This document shows, one piece after another, positions 50,255 to 62,699 of a DNA stretch of 64,000 nt. This stretch comes from Monocercomonoides exilis PA203 (lineage: Eukaryota; Protista; Preaxostyla). The stretch's first letter is position 1, and every line of letters begins with the position of its first letter. A model generated the notes under the pieces. The model was not told where the DNA came from. It worked only from the letters and a program-made list of their open reading frames with translations, and searched no databases. The translations under genes and the position numbers were made by a program. The DNA lies in the NCBI GenBank assembly GCA_001643675.2, contig LSRY02000061.1, forward strand, positions 310,001 through 374,000. The letters are read 5' to 3'.

Positions 50255-50619
50255 ATGATGATCAACACAAATTAATATGAAATCAAAAATCAAAATATTT
50301 TGTTCAGAATTTAAAAAAACAAAAACTTGAAAAAAAGATTTTGTATTTGAAATAGACAAAATTTGGAAAATTGATAGTTGATATCGATTATGAATTTAAA
50401 CAACAGCAAGTCGTTTTGGATTGATTATTTGTTGTTGAACATTTTTGTTTGTAATTGAAAATTTATTTTGAAAAAAGTCCAGAATAATCCATGAGATTGA
50501 ACAATTTGCTGCACAAATATCATAAATAAAATCAACTCATTTTTTTATCAAATATCACAAAACATTAAAAATAACTTTTAAAAAATGAACCATAATAGAT
50601 GTTCTGATAACTGTAAAAT

Positions 50620-51260
50620 CCAAATAAAACCTTATTGTTAATACAGCATCGAAAAAGAAAAGACCAGAACTACTCCATTCTATTTTGCGATGAAGATGCA
50701 GAAACAAAAGGATTGAACGCGAGGTCTTTTTCAAAGGAAAGAATTTTGTCAAATCCCCATTCAGCTATTGCAATGCAAAAACACAAACAAAATTCAGGAG
50801 AAAAGCAAACACTACAACAAAGAGTTTAACAATAGGATTCTCTTCATCAGTCGTTGCTATTTTTTTTGTAAATTGTGGAGCTGATGTTGATTCCAACGAC
50901 AAAACACAAAAAACGTTGTGCTCAACAATCGAGGATGCACTGAAGTGCTCCTCGTTTTTTTATCCAACACTTTCTTCAATAGCCAATGTGTTACATTTGC
51001 CTTGCCAAGTGAAGCCAAAAAGATTTCATTGATTTCATCAAATTTCCAAATCTTCATTCCATTCCATTCCGATTTGCATTCTTCTTTGAATATGTTTCCG
51101 TTTCCATTGCAACTTTATCAGATTTGTCGAAAATGCATTGGCTGCATTTTAACATTGAAAAATCAATATTTTGAACATCACTTGAACATCAATAACTCTG
51201 TATTCACCATGGTATAAATTATTTATTTATTTATTTTGTCATTCGTTTTCACATTTCTCA
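50620..51260 (-). mobile_element. Decayed MULE transposase remnant
   Basis: Traces MVNTELLM...FNVKMQPMHFRQI, RKCWIKK and a Cys-rich SWIM-like stretch near 50770-50830. No intact ORF. Confidence 0.4.
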
Positions 51261-52684
51261 CTCTTTTATATAAAGATATTTTTGCACGGAACATTTTGAA
51301 GACAAACCATTTTTAATTCAAAAACACTCAATTTATCGAAAAGGCCCTGGCTTTGGTTTGATACCAATTGGAAGGAATTGGATGGGAATAAAGAAATGTC
51401 ATAATTAGAGCATATGAAAATGAGTGATGAGATAGAAGAAAGAGAAGAAGAAGAAGAAGATGAAGTTAATGAGAGGAAGAAGGAAGAAATGGAAGCAGGG
51501 CTGATGTAAAAAGGAAAGCGAACAACAAGAGATTGGGAAGGAAGAAGATGCGGATGGAGTTATTAGTATTTTGCAATGAGAATATTTAGCTAGCAAAGAA
51601 GGGTAAATTGTGTTTGTTCTTGTTTGCAGATTAATATTGATTTTTTGAATGATTAAAATTTTTAAGAAATGTGAAATATGAGAAACGATAGAAGTTATTT
51701 TAATTTTTATTTTGGAAAATGTATTTTTGAGTTTTAATTACGACGCATTGAATTCTTTTATTTGGTTTTTTTTAATCTTTTGGAATTTTTTCTTTCTTTC
51801 TTTTTTTTTATTAAAAGAATATGAGAAGAGAAGGTTCACGTTGCATGTTCTTTTAGTTGAAACAGGATTTCTTTGAAGGCATCTTTTCTCTGAAAAAAAA
51901 GCAGATGAGTATTTTTGAATAACAAACATTGGTTGTTTGCATAAAATTAATCAATGTTCAAAATGATGGAGCAAGAAAGAGGAAGAAGAATGAAGCTGAA
52001 GAGATTATTTGGAAATTTGGAGCAAAGAAGCTGTCGAAGCGGTTTGACAATAAAACAGATAAGAATATGAAGAGAAGAATTTTGAAGAGAGGAAATTAAA
52101 CGCTTACGAGGAAATGAGGAGGAAAAGAAGAAGAGAAAGACGAGAGGAAGAAAGAGAAAGTGGATTAATATATGAAGCAACAATAACAGAACATTGCAAA
52201 AAAGATTATCTTCTTTTATATTCAACAAAGAGTGAAGCTGTCAAGAAAAAGTTCATCATTTTATGACTTTGAGAATAAATATTTAATGACTCGAAAAAGT
52301 GCAACTTTAAGGATAAAATTTACAAAGTTTGTTTAACAAAAATACCATTTTTTTTTCCTTTTGCTAAAATAGGGAGGTAACGTCAATTCTGAAATGTTCA
52401 ATTTTTCATGCATTCAATATTTTTATTTAACTTTGATTTTTTTGTTCTATTTACAAATATACACATGAAAATATTTACAAAAATATTTCAAACATAATCA
52501 ATCACCGATTCATGATGGCAAGAACAGAGGGAATAGCATGCAATGGAAGTGCTTAATTGTTTTTTTAAATGCTCACATAATAATTGTCGAAAGAAGCCTT
52601 CACTTAATCCAACGTGCAGGAAAGTATTATTAAGGGCTATTTTGATCATTATAAAAATATAAAAATTTTCATTTCAACACAAGA

Positions 52685-55600
52685 ATGCATTTGTTTGTTT
52701 TAGCATATTTAATTTTTGGAAAGACTTTTGAAGCACAAGATTTCTCTGGAATTGCCACATTGGAGAACAAAGGTATTCTTTCGAATATATATTTTTTCAA
52801 TTATTCAAATATTTTTTATCAAGGCTATTCATATGATGCACAGTTTCATCATAAGATTAATAACAATCACTTGTTTGAGCAGATAACATTCTCAGGAGTG
52901 AAAAAATTGCAATCAGGAACATCCACAGTCATTTACACATTTTTGGGATTCCACAATTCTACAGTTGGACTGAAAAATGTGGCGATTGAATATTTGTCTT
53001 CTCCTTTGATGCTTATAGCAGAATACTCAACTCTGATGATGGACTCCTGCATTTCCCACCAAAAATCAACATCTCCATTTCTTTTGCAAAGTGGGTCAAT
53101 CAGCATTGTGAATTTGACTTTGATCCCTCAAATCAGTTTTTGTTCCAGAAGTCTCGTATTTTCATCTGATGATTCAAATTCTGTCGTTTTGAGAAATTCC
53201 ATCATGGCAGATCTGGCTGTTTCCTCTTCAGAATGTTTCCTGTTGTCTGGAAAGAGCAAAAGTGAAGAGATTTCTAACTGTGCCTTCAGGAACATGTCTG
53301 AGAAATATGACAAGAACAGTGATTATCAGATATCCCATTCATGCTTGTTGAGTTCAATGGAGAACTGTCTCGTTTATTCGTGTGTGAATGCCTTTGAAGG
53401 AGGTATTTCGAGTGGGTCATATTCTTCACATGACTTCATCTGCAGAAACATATCAATAAGCTTCGGGAAAAGAGAAACGAATGCTCTTCAGAAAAAAGAG
53501 CAAATGAACACAACGGAAAGTCAAACATTTTCATTGTGCGAATGGACTGATTGCACAGCCGAACAAGGAGGCGCCCTTTATATACATAACAATGAAAATG
53601 CTATTCTAACTGTCGAAAATTCGTCGTTTACAAGATGTAGTGCTTCCTCGACAAGAGGTGGAGGAATATATGCATTGAAAGTCGCTGAATGCATTGTAAA
53701 ACATTCCACTTTTGTCCAATGTTCTGCAGCAGCTACTCCAAATATAGGGGGAGGAGGAATAATGATTGAAAATGTTTACATCCAACCAATTGTCGATAAT
53801 TGCTTCTTTCAAAGTTGCTCATCAGGTGACGATGGTGGGGCAATCGTTCTATGCCCAACAAATACTCAAAGACAAAAGCACTGCATTTCAAATTCATTTT
53901 TTGATAACTGCCGATGCAATGGATCAGCTCATGGCGCTGGAGGTGCAATTATGCATTGGGATTGCATTGATAAAGTCATGATCTCTAATTGTCTTTTGTG
54001 CGATTGCTATTCAATGCACGCAGGAGGTGCTATTGGCTTATTAATTAATAGTTACAATAGAGGAACATTGTTATTTTTCTGTTTTTTTCATGACAACATA
54101 TGCGTTAAAGGTGGACATGACATTGTTCTTTACAATTCTACTGAAAATAACATTGATCCCAGTTGTTATTCAACCAGACAGACGATGAATAGAGTTAGCA
54201 CAGACACAGCTTCAACCGTTGATCGTAGTGATTGGCTTCACAATGATTTTGGAAATGTGAGATTTGTTTCTTCAACTGATTCACAACCAAAAGGCAACGA
54301 CACATATGCTTGTGGAATAAATGAATCTCATCCATGCGGCACTATCAGCCGTTGTTTGACTCAACTTATTTCCGGATATGTGACTGAAATCGAAGTATTT
54401 TCGGGAACGATTATCGAAACAAATAGTTTTGATTGTGGATCTGACAGTTTCACTGTTTATGGCCAAAGCAATATGAGCGCAACGATCCATACAGAGTTTG
54501 AAGCATCTGGGTTATCACTTTTTTCTGTCTCGACAGGCACATTGACTATCAGTGACCTTATTTTTGTGCATGACTCGGCTCATCCGAATAACCGTGGGTC
54601 AAGGCTGTTTGAGATTTCTGGAGCAGGAGAGATGCATGTGAACAGACTGAACATATCTATTGGAAGTGGACAATCAACAGAAACAGCATTCACAACAGAG
54701 CTGATCAATGTTCAGAATGGTATGCTGCAGATGGATAATGTGAACTGGGCAAAGACGATTTCCACCGTTTCATTGTTTTCGCTTTCTTCAACAAATGAAA
54801 TTTCATTGAAGCTTTCGGAGTGTACCTTTGATGGGATTGAGAGGACAACCAGTGGAGCCGCTGTAATCTCAATCACCGATGACAAGGCAAATATTGATTT
54901 GAATTCTTGCATTTTTGAAGGATGTGGAAGCACAACATCGACTGATGGAGGATCGATGATGCTATGCGCAGGAGAAGGAAATGAAGTGAAAGTAAAAGGT
55001 GGATCTTTTGATGGGTGCTATTGCTCTGAAACAGATGGTCTTGGGGGAGGAATCCTTCTTCGATTATTGAATGAAAATCCAGATTTCCTGATCTCCTCTT
55101 CATTCGGAACAAACACAGCCAAATGGGGGAATGATATCTTCGTCATTTCACCAAATCTGGAAGAAACAGCAAAATCAGAAAACATCACATGCGTTACAGC
55201 ATCACTGGATTCCGTTGACAAAGTGAGAGGATATGATAATGGAAATGCTAGTGTTGCCATTCCTCTGTGCATCTATCTCCTTCCCACACCAGAAGAAATA
55301 CATGTGAGTTATACTGAGGCATCCAATCACTCGCATTGTGGAATTGCTAAATTCCCTTGTTTGACCTTGAAGCACTCCCTCACACGGTTGACAGGTACCA
55401 AGAAAATTATTGTGAATGGAATGATTTTGATGAGTGATGAATTGGCATTTGATGAACAGAAACATGAAATCAGAGGAAATGATGATCAAAGTGGCTGGAT
55501 CGTCTCCGATATTGAAATTGAATCTGATGCTGCGATGATAGCAACAAATGTTGAAACTGTCTTGTCAAAACTTATCTTCTCTCTTCCATCATCCCTTCCT

Positions 55601-58600
55601 CTTCACCAGACTTTCATTTCATCTTCTTCGCAGTTGACTCTGTCTCATTGTTCTATTTCTCTTCAATACCCTTCGTCTGAATTGGCATGTCTATTCTTAT
55701 CTGTTGATTCTGGTTCATTGGTTATTGATTTCTTCTCTGTTTTGTCAATCACCTTGAGCACAACTCCATTGATCTCATTTTCTGGAAGCAGTTCATATAC
55801 CGAGTCAATGAGCATCAAATGGTTGAACATGACGAACTGCACTTTCACAGAAATCGAAAGAGCAGCTGGAAGTGGAGGGTGTGTGAGCATTGGCAACAGC
55901 CACGATGATTATACAAATACACAAATAAATATTGAAGAGAGTGTTTTTGATGGATGCTCTGTGCTGGCTGATGGAAGCAGAGGAGGGGCTATCGATGTGC
56001 AGATGAAAGGAAACATTCAAATGAATATTATTTCATGCACATTCACAGGATGCACAGCACCAGCTGGAGAAGAAGAGAAGACTGGGTTTGGCGGAGGAAT
56101 GGCACTGAAGTTAATTGATGATGGTTCTTCATTTGTAATCTCATCTCCTGTTTTTGATACAGAAAAGCCAAATACTGCGAGATATGGAAATAATCTGTTT
56201 GTTGAATCATCCAACTTGACAAAGAGCATCACAAATGACACACTTCCATTTGTATCAGAGAATCTGGTTAACATTTCGTTGGATTCTATGAGAGGCTTTG
56301 ATGGAGGTGACACAACGAATGCCATTCCATTGGTGTATTTTTGGCTTACACTCGGCTCAGAGGTGTTTATTGGAGGTGATGGGAAAGATATGGGAGCCTG
56401 TGGATTCTCAGATTATCCTTGCATTTCAGTTGATTATTCACTAACGAGATTGTCAGAAGGAAATGAAAAGAATATGAACATCATTGGAAAAGCGATTCTT
56501 CAGAACTGTGTTGATCTTTGTGGAATTTCAATAAAATCAGATGATAACAATAAGTGTGTTTTGGAATGTCTCTCATCACTTGAAGGAGCAGAAGAAGCAG
56601 CAATGAAGATTTCTGGAATTACTAATTTCGAATTGATAAACTTTGTGATACCATCTTCATTCTCAGGTGGAGTCAGTTATTTGATGTTTGTTGGCTCAAG
56701 CGAAGGATTGCTGACTGTGAAGGACTGTTCATTCACTAAAATGGAAGAAAGCGGAGAAGAAATAATTAACTATGGGTTGATCGAGGCAGATGGTGGAACA
56801 GTTGTAATAAAATTTGTATCAATGCAATTACTATCTTTTTCACATGATGTTATTTCTGTGTTATCAACAACGATTTTGAACATTTATAATCTAACGATGA
56901 AAAATATTGAGCTGGATGGATCAAGCGGATTGAGCATTTCAAAGAGTTCAAGAAGAGAAAAAAATGAAGTGGAGCAAGATATTGTTATTGAGTGGAGTTT
57001 GTTCGAAGAAGTCACTCAAAACAGAACCAATGATGTTCCCATCATTCGGAATGACAATGATGAGCCTTTGAAAATGGTTATAAGAAACACAACGATGAAG
57101 AGATGTGGAGGGTTGAAGTGTGGAAAGGGAGGAGGGATGTTTTGTGTGTTGAATGAGGGAGGAAGCTTTGATTGCTCATTTTGCACGATTTCTGAGTGTT
57201 TCTGCTCAACCACAGGAAGAGGTGGCTGGCTGTTTCTGGAGTGTTCCTCAGTGGCTGAGAAGCCTCTGAGCTTTGTGCTGTCGAATCTCACCTTCAAAGA
57301 TAACTCTGCATTGAGAGGGAGAGATGTGTATGTTCGATGCCACTCAATCGAAACACAGATAGTTGATGAGCAATTCTTGCTGGATTTCAGAGCACCTTTT
57401 GTGAAGGAGCTGGCGATGTGGGGCTGTTCAACAGACTCGTTTGAGGGAGAAGAGGATCTGCTGCTGAGGGTTGTGAAATACCAGAGCGAGACGATATTTG
57501 TATCTTCAGTTTCAGATAATCACGAAGATAACAAGCGATGTGGAGAGTTCAGCACACCATGCCAATCCTTGAATGTTGGAATTCAACACATTATTCCTTC
57601 ATCTTATTCTCAACTGCTAATATCAAAGGAGACGATCATCAATGGAGAATGCGAAGCAAAGGATGTGATCGTCCGCTCACTTCAATCTTCCTCGGCCGCC
57701 CAGGTACATCTGAAATCAACAATTACAGGTGATTCGGGAAATCTTTTCACAACTTCAGAGAATATTCGATTTGAAAGATTGAAATTCAATTTTAGGAAAT
57801 CGTTTTCTTATTCAGGCAGTTTTCTCATTCATGAAGCAAGTGGCCAGCTTTCTCTTTCATTTGTTGACTTCTCTTCTGTTGGAGGGTCAAACAACAACCA
57901 ACCTGCTGTTGCTCTCAACTCATCGTTGCTGAGCATTGAAAGTGGAATTCTTCATGTTGACAACTGCTCAGTGTCACTCCTTTCATTCAAGGAGCCTTCA
58001 TTTCTGTTGAGTGGAGAGGAGATTTCGTTGACGAATGTGAAACTGGAACAGATTGAATCAACAGCAGATGTGTTTGAGATTGGCAGTTGTGGAAGTGTTG
58101 CTTTCAATGGAGTATCTGCAGATGGAGTGAAGCTGCCAGATGGTTGCATCATTTCGATTGACAGTTCATCTTCAGGAACAATTTCTGTTGGAAGCTCGTC
58201 ATTCGACAACTGCTCAAGGAATTCAGAAGGAGCTTCTGTTCTTTCATCTTCTTCAACCTCTGCTCATATCGTTCTTTCTAACTGTTCCTGTTCAATCTGT
58301 GATTCTCTGTCAAGCAAAGGAAGCATTGTGGAGATTAACAATGCAAAAGATGTTTTTATGGATTCATGTCAATTTATTGGAGTTCTTTCAAAAGAAAATG
58401 AGAATGAGAGAAATAACGCATTTGAAGAAATATGTGAATGGAATGGATCGCTAATTTATTCAGCCAATTCTTCATTGGTGATGAAATATGTGACAATAAT
58501 GAATGCTTCATCAGGTGGATTTTCTGCATCAACTTGCGACGTGACAATCGAGAAAGGAGAGTTTTTGAACAATAATCCTTTCATCGAAAAATATCCCTCC

Positions 58601-60460
58601 CTTCATCGCAACATCATCTGTTCAGATTCAGGAGTATTGAATGTGATGAGTTTGAAAGGAGGAGATGGATTGAAGGAAAATTCATCACTTTGGATTCTGA
58701 ATGAAGGATGCACATTGGGTGGGGTTGTTTCAGAAAGGGATTCATCATTTTTCATCCCTATGTTGGAGAGTGTGTCAAGCGAGGAAGATGAGAGAGAGAT
58801 AAAGCTGACGTTCACTGGGTCTCTGCTTCTGCCATGCAACTTGTCATTCGAGATAATATCGAAAGTGGGAGATGTGGATGTGATTGACAGATACGAGCTT
58901 TGTTCAGATGAGCATGGGAATGAGAGCAGTGCAGTTGGAAGGATTCCGTCAAGTGTGGTGAAATCGGCTGCTGAGGAAGCAGAAGTGTCGGTGTGCATCT
59001 TGTTTGGCAAGGCAGATTCTCCTTCGTCAACGCAATCTTTCATTTTGAAGAACAGAAGTGAGCCCAAGGATAATGGAGATGTAAAACTTGTCGAAGGAGG
59101 AAAAGAAGGGAAATCATATTGGTTATTGATTGTGATTGTTCTTGTTGTTTTATTTTTGATTGTTCTTATTGTTGCAATAGCCTTTATTGTTCGTTGGAAA
59201 AAGCAAAAGAGAAGAACAAAAGAGCTGGAGGTGATTGTGGAAGACACAGTGAAGAAGGATCCAAAAGTATTTGAGATGGTGACGATGGAGATGTCACCGG
59301 AGGAGCAGTGGAGGAGAGCAGAAAGGGAGGCTGAGAAGAAGAATGAAGAGAGGATCAAGAAGAGGGTGTATGAGACGAATATGGAACACTCCGAGTCATC
59401 GGAGCATTTGTTGAGTGAGAGTGGATCAACAGAATATATTTTAGGAAGAGATTCAGACAAGATTCCAGAATGGATGTTGGAAAAGGTTGAAGAAGAGGAA
59501 ATTAGAAAGCAGACTCCATCACCATCCATCTCATCCACTTCAACCACTTCAACGACTGATTCAGATTCAACATTTGTTCGTGGAGAGGATCTATGCCCAA
59601 CCACCTCATCAATGTCCAATCTGGTGGATGCGATGTCCTGTTCATCTCCTCATGAGAAGCTGATTGTAGATCTGAGAGATTCTTTGTTCATGTTGCTTCA
59701 TGGGCTGAATAAGACAAAGGAGATGGCGATAGGCTCTCTTCAGGAGAGGGAGCAGACAGCTGCCCAGATACTGTTCTGGGTGGCAAATGGAGCACTCCAC
59801 TCATTTGATGAAATGGAAAACAAGCTTCAGTCATTGTCCAGTTTGAGTCCTCACATTGTGCTGTTCTCAGAGCACATGGTTATCTGCATTGTGATGCATT
59901 CTGACTTATTGTCTGATGATGATTCAGATTCATCATCCATCTCTTCATTGAGTATTGTTTCTTCTTCGTCAAATATTTCGTTGATGAGCGAGAGATTCAC
60001 AGACTCGCCACCTCCTTCATCAGCGTTTGAGGATGATGAAGGATTCAAAAAGGAGTGTTTGCGATGGAAGGCACCTGAGTTGATTATCAACAAGAAGATG
60101 GGAGCGACAAAGGAGTCAGTTGCGTTTTCGATTGGGATGATGCTTTGGGAGTGCCTGACTCTTCAGGTTCCGTTTGGGGAGTATGAGGCGGTGATTGTAG
60201 GGGAGAAGATTGTGAACGGGGAGAGGCCGAAGCTGGAGCTGGCTGAGGAATCAGGTTTGTTTGGGGTGATGCAGAGCTGTCTTTCAGCAAAGGTTGAGGG
60301 GCGTCCCACGCTGATTGAGCTGAAACGAACATTTTTTAGACAGTTTCCGGATGAGGCGATGGTGATGACGATGACTGATGCTTTATGTTGTGAAGGGTCA
60401 GAAGAGTCAAAAGAGAAGGGCAGACAAACAAGGGACAGTCACCTTCTTCAACGATCATGA
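52685..60460 (+). CDS. 2591-aa paralogous type I membrane protein: beta-helix/Pmp-like ectodomain, TM, pseudokinase-like tail
   Basis: Intronless ORF with a signal-like N-terminus, GGAL/GGAI repeats, four CG....PC modules, TM WLLIVIVLVVLFLIVLIVAIAFIV-RWKK and LRWKAPEL...FSIGMMLWECLT. Confidence 0.9.
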   Translation: MHLFVLAYLIFGKTFEAQDFSGIATLENKGILSNIYFFNYSNIFYQGYSYDAQFHHKINNNHLFEQITFSGVKKLQSGTSTVIYTFLGFHNSTVGLKNVAIEYLSSPLMLIAEYSTLMMDSCISHQKSTSPFLLQSGSISIVNLTLIPQISFCSRSLVFSSDDSNSVVLRNSIMADLAVSSSECFLLSGKSKSEEISNCAFRNMSEKYDKNSDYQISHSCLLSSMENCLVYSCVNAFEGGISSGSYSSHDFICRNISISFGKRETNALQKKEQMNTTESQTFSLCEWTDCTAEQGGALYIHNNENAILTVENSSFTRCSASSTRGGGIYALKVAECIVKHSTFVQCSAAATPNIGGGGIMIENVYIQPIVDNCFFQSCSSGDDGGAIVLCPTNTQRQKHCISNSFFDNCRCNGSAHGAGGAIMHWDCIDKVMISNCLLCDCYSMHAGGAIGLLINSYNRGTLLFFCFFHDNICVKGGHDIVLYNSTENNIDPSCYSTRQTMNRVSTDTASTVDRSDWLHNDFGNVRFVSSTDSQPKGNDTYACGINESHPCGTISRCLTQLISGYVTEIEVFSGTIIETNSFDCGSDSFTVYGQSNMSATIHTEFEASGLSLFSVSTGTLTISDLIFVHDSAHPNNRGSRLFEISGAGEMHVNRLNISIGSGQSTETAFTTELINVQNGMLQMDNVNWAKTISTVSLFSLSSTNEISLKLSECTFDGIERTTSGAAVISITDDKANIDLNSCIFEGCGSTTSTDGGSMMLCAGEGNEVKVKGGSFDGCYCSETDGLGGGILLRLLNENPDFLISSSFGTNTAKWGNDIFVISPNLEETAKSENITCVTASLDSVDKVRGYDNGNASVAIPLCIYLLPTPEEIHVSYTEASNHSHCGIAKFPCLTLKHSLTRLTGTKKIIVNGMILMSDELAFDEQKHEIRGNDDQSGWIVSDIEIESDAAMIATNVETVLSKLIFSLPSSLPLHQTFISSSSQLTLSHCSISLQYPSSELACLFLSVDSGSLVIDFFSVLSITLSTTPLISFSGSSSYTESMSIKWLNMTNCTFTEIERAAGSGGCVSIGNSHDDYTNTQINIEESVFDGCSVLADGSRGGAIDVQMKGNIQMNIISCTFTGCTAPAGEEEKTGFGGGMALKLIDDGSSFVISSPVFDTEKPNTARYGNNLFVESSNLTKSITNDTLPFVSENLVNISLDSMRGFDGGDTTNAIPLVYFWLTLGSEVFIGGDGKDMGACGFSDYPCISVDYSLTRLSEGNEKNMNIIGKAILQNCVDLCGISIKSDDNNKCVLECLSSLEGAEEAAMKISGITNFELINFVIPSSFSGGVSYLMFVGSSEGLLTVKDCSFTKMEESGEEIINYGLIEADGGTVVIKFVSMQLLSFSHDVISVLSTTILNIYNLTMKNIELDGSSGLSISKSSRREKNEVEQDIVIEWSLFEEVTQNRTNDVPIIRNDNDEPLKMVIRNTTMKRCGGLKCGKGGGMFCVLNEGGSFDCSFCTISECFCSTTGRGGWLFLECSSVAEKPLSFVLSNLTFKDNSALRGRDVYVRCHSIETQIVDEQFLLDFRAPFVKELAMWGCSTDSFEGEEDLLLRVVKYQSETIFVSSVSDNHEDNKRCGEFSTPCQSLNVGIQHIIPSSYSQLLISKETIINGECEAKDVIVRSLQSSSAAQVHLKSTITGDSGNLFTTSENIRFERLKFNFRKSFSYSGSFLIHEASGQLSLSFVDFSSVGGSNNNQPAVALNSSLLSIESGILHVDNCSVSLLSFKEPSFLLSGEEISLTNVKLEQIESTADVFEIGSCGSVAFNGVSADGVKLPDGCIISIDSSSSGTISVGSSSFDNCSRNSEGASVLSSSSTSAHIVLSNCSCSICDSLSSKGSIVEINNAKDVFMDSCQFIGVLSKENENERNNAFEEICEWNGSLIYSANSSLVMKYVTIMNASSGGFSASTCDVTIEKGEFLNNNPFIEKYPSLHRNIICSDSGVLNVMSLKGGDGLKENSSLWILNEGCTLGGVVSERDSSFFIPMLESVSSEEDEREIKLTFTGSLLLPCNLSFEIISKVGDVDVIDRYELCSDEHGNESSAVGRIPSSVVKSAAEEAEVSVCILFGKADSPSSTQSFILKNRSEPKDNGDVKLVEGGKEGKSYWLLIVIVLVVLFLIVLIVAIAFIVRWKKQKRRTKELEVIVEDTVKKDPKVFEMVTMEMSPEEQWRRAEREAEKKNEERIKKRVYETNMEHSESSEHLLSESGSTEYILGRDSDKIPEWMLEKVEEEEIRKQTPSPSISSTSTTSTTDSDSTFVRGEDLCPTTSSMSNLVDAMSCSSPHEKLIVDLRDSLFMLLHGLNKTKEMAIGSLQEREQTAAQILFWVANGALHSFDEMENKLQSLSSLSPHIVLFSEHMVICIVMHSDLLSDDDSDSSSISSLSIVSSSSNISLMSERFTDSPPPSSAFEDDEGFKKECLRWKAPELIINKKMGATKESVAFSIGMMLWECLTLQVPFGEYEAVIVGEKIVNGERPKLELAEESGLFGVMQSCLSAKVEGRPTLIELKRTFFRQFPDEAMVMTMTDALCCEGSEESKEKGRQTRDSHLLQRS

Positions 60461-62699
60461 GTGTCAAGACGAAAAAGTGATGGGCGAAAAGAACAGAAGC
60501 AAAGACGAGTTATAAAGCTGAGAAGAGATTTTGTTATTTTTGATGTTCTTCACTTTTGCATAATTTTGTATTTGTTTTTGTTTGATATTTTTTTCGAATT
60601 TGTCAATTTCTTTGATTTTCCGTTTTCTTCACTTTTTGTTCGATTTAACTTTTATGTTGTTGTTGTTTGTGCCATTTGCGTTGTTTGAATTGTTTGGATT
60701 ATATATTATTTTTCAACACCATTTTTGCTGGGGAAGGATTAAAGTAGAATTTTATGGAGCTTTGCTTCCACACATCTGCTGATCAATTGTTTTATTTTTT
60801 CATTCATTCACTTATTAATTCCATTTTATAACTCCCATTTGGTTTTTGGTTGGGCATGGTTTTCGTTCGTCTTCTGTCTTTGAGACGAGAAGAACAAGCC
60901 TGGAGCATTGTTAAATGCTTCTTTACAAACGATCTTGATTCCTTTTGAAAGAAAGTGATCTATTTACTTCAAGTTCATAAAACCTCTTCTCCAGTGACTT
61001 TATTGTCATTCATTCATTTATTCATTCATTTCTCATTATATATTCATCACCTGTTGTATTATTGAACTTCCCAATTGATTGAAAAGATAAAAAGCATACA
61101 ATCGAAAACATCAAATTTATTCATTTTTTCCTTAAGTCTTTCAAAGTCAAAACTTTTGAAATTGAATCAGATTATCATTAATCCTCAGAGACTAACAAGG
61201 TCCTCTTCTTTTTTGGTCTGATTTTTCAATCCAGATTTTGATTTTTTCGAAAGTTATTATGACTTTTTCAGAGTTCTCCGTAATTTTTGTCTGAAATCCA
61301 AATTTCCTTAACTGGCTCATTTGAAACTACAACTGTGACTAACATAATCATTGCACTTTTTCTTTCTTTTAATCCATTTTCTGAATAATTGTTTTCAGAT
61401 TAAAAGTACATCTCCTTTCTCCTCCGCCATTGCAGTATTATCAGTAAGTGCACAATATACGACCGTTAACAATTTTCTGTGTGGATGATTATAAGAATAT
61501 TATTAACTGTTTTATATGGTTTGCTTGAATTTTTTTTGTGCGGAAACTTTTTTATTGGACCCATGAAATTTTTAAAGATTTCACTTTAAATATGGGATCG
61601 ATCAAATTTTTTGTTCAAAAAATTTATTTTGCAGTTTTTTTTCTGAATGCTAATTGAGGATCGCAAATTCAAAATAAGCTTCTTCAACGAATTATTTCAC
61701 AACGCAAATGATACATGGGAATGGTTCAGAAATGAAGTGTTGAATCAAAGAAACAAAGAATGCAGAAATTGTCATAAGGAAATGGATTTTAATGAACGAA
61801 ATCAGGCATAGGTTCAAACGTGTTCCTTTTGCAATTTGCGTTTTTAAACCTTCAAATTATAACGAATTAATAGATAATAATTATTAAAAAACTTTTTATG
61901 GACCGATTTTTCGAAAAAAATTTTTCTTGTTGAAAAAATGATTTTTGAAAAATGACCCATAAAAACATGAATTTCATTGAAAAATATTCAAATTTTTAAA
62001 GAAAATGTGATTTTTTCGAATTGAAAGTGCTTGCATTATTATATAGACTTATTTTATTTGTAAATTTTCATCATTAACAATAATGATCATAAAAATTTTT
62101 TTTTATTAAATATCTTTGATCCAACCCACAAAAAATTTTCTTATTTGATGAAATTTTTAATAAACAATTTTGAGTGATAGTTATTGTATTTAACTTTTAT
62201 TCGTAAATGAGCAATTTAAATACTTCACATAAAACATTTTTATGAAAAGCATGTATTAATGAATTCGATGCTTTAGTTTCATAGTTGATTTAATTATTAT
62301 TCGTGAATTAATTAAAGAATATTTCTTTATAACTTAAATCTTAATTTGAAATGGGTTTTTCTATTTGTTTTCCTTTTGAAATAAATGTTTTTCTATTCGT
62401 TGTGGCATTTCATACTCACTTTTTTTATGTGTTAATATCATTTGCTTCAACGATAAATAAGTTGTAAAATGTCTTGTTTTCAATAAAAAAGTTTGTTATG
62501 ATAATATAACAATGCTATATCTTTCTTCTTTTTTACACAAAAATTCAATTTTTTTTCTGCTAATTTAGTGTTTTAATGAATAATAATCATATAAAAATAT
62601 TATATTGTTTATTAACAAAAATTCAATAAGAGAATAACAATGAAGCAAAGCTGTCAATAATCAAAGAAATTCATAAAACTAATTCAAAAGCCAAATCAC

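Noticed and set aside
43171-50263. Target-site duplications flanking the TIR elements
   Set aside because: The flanks (TTGCTTCAA vs ATAATTAAG and ATGATGATC; GTTTATTAT vs TTACAAAAA for the MULE relic) do not match, so no TSD is claimed.
60830-62400. Possible further transposon relic and recurring GACCCAT-like motifs downstream of the 2591-aa gene
   Set aside because: Matches are too short and degenerate to support by eye.
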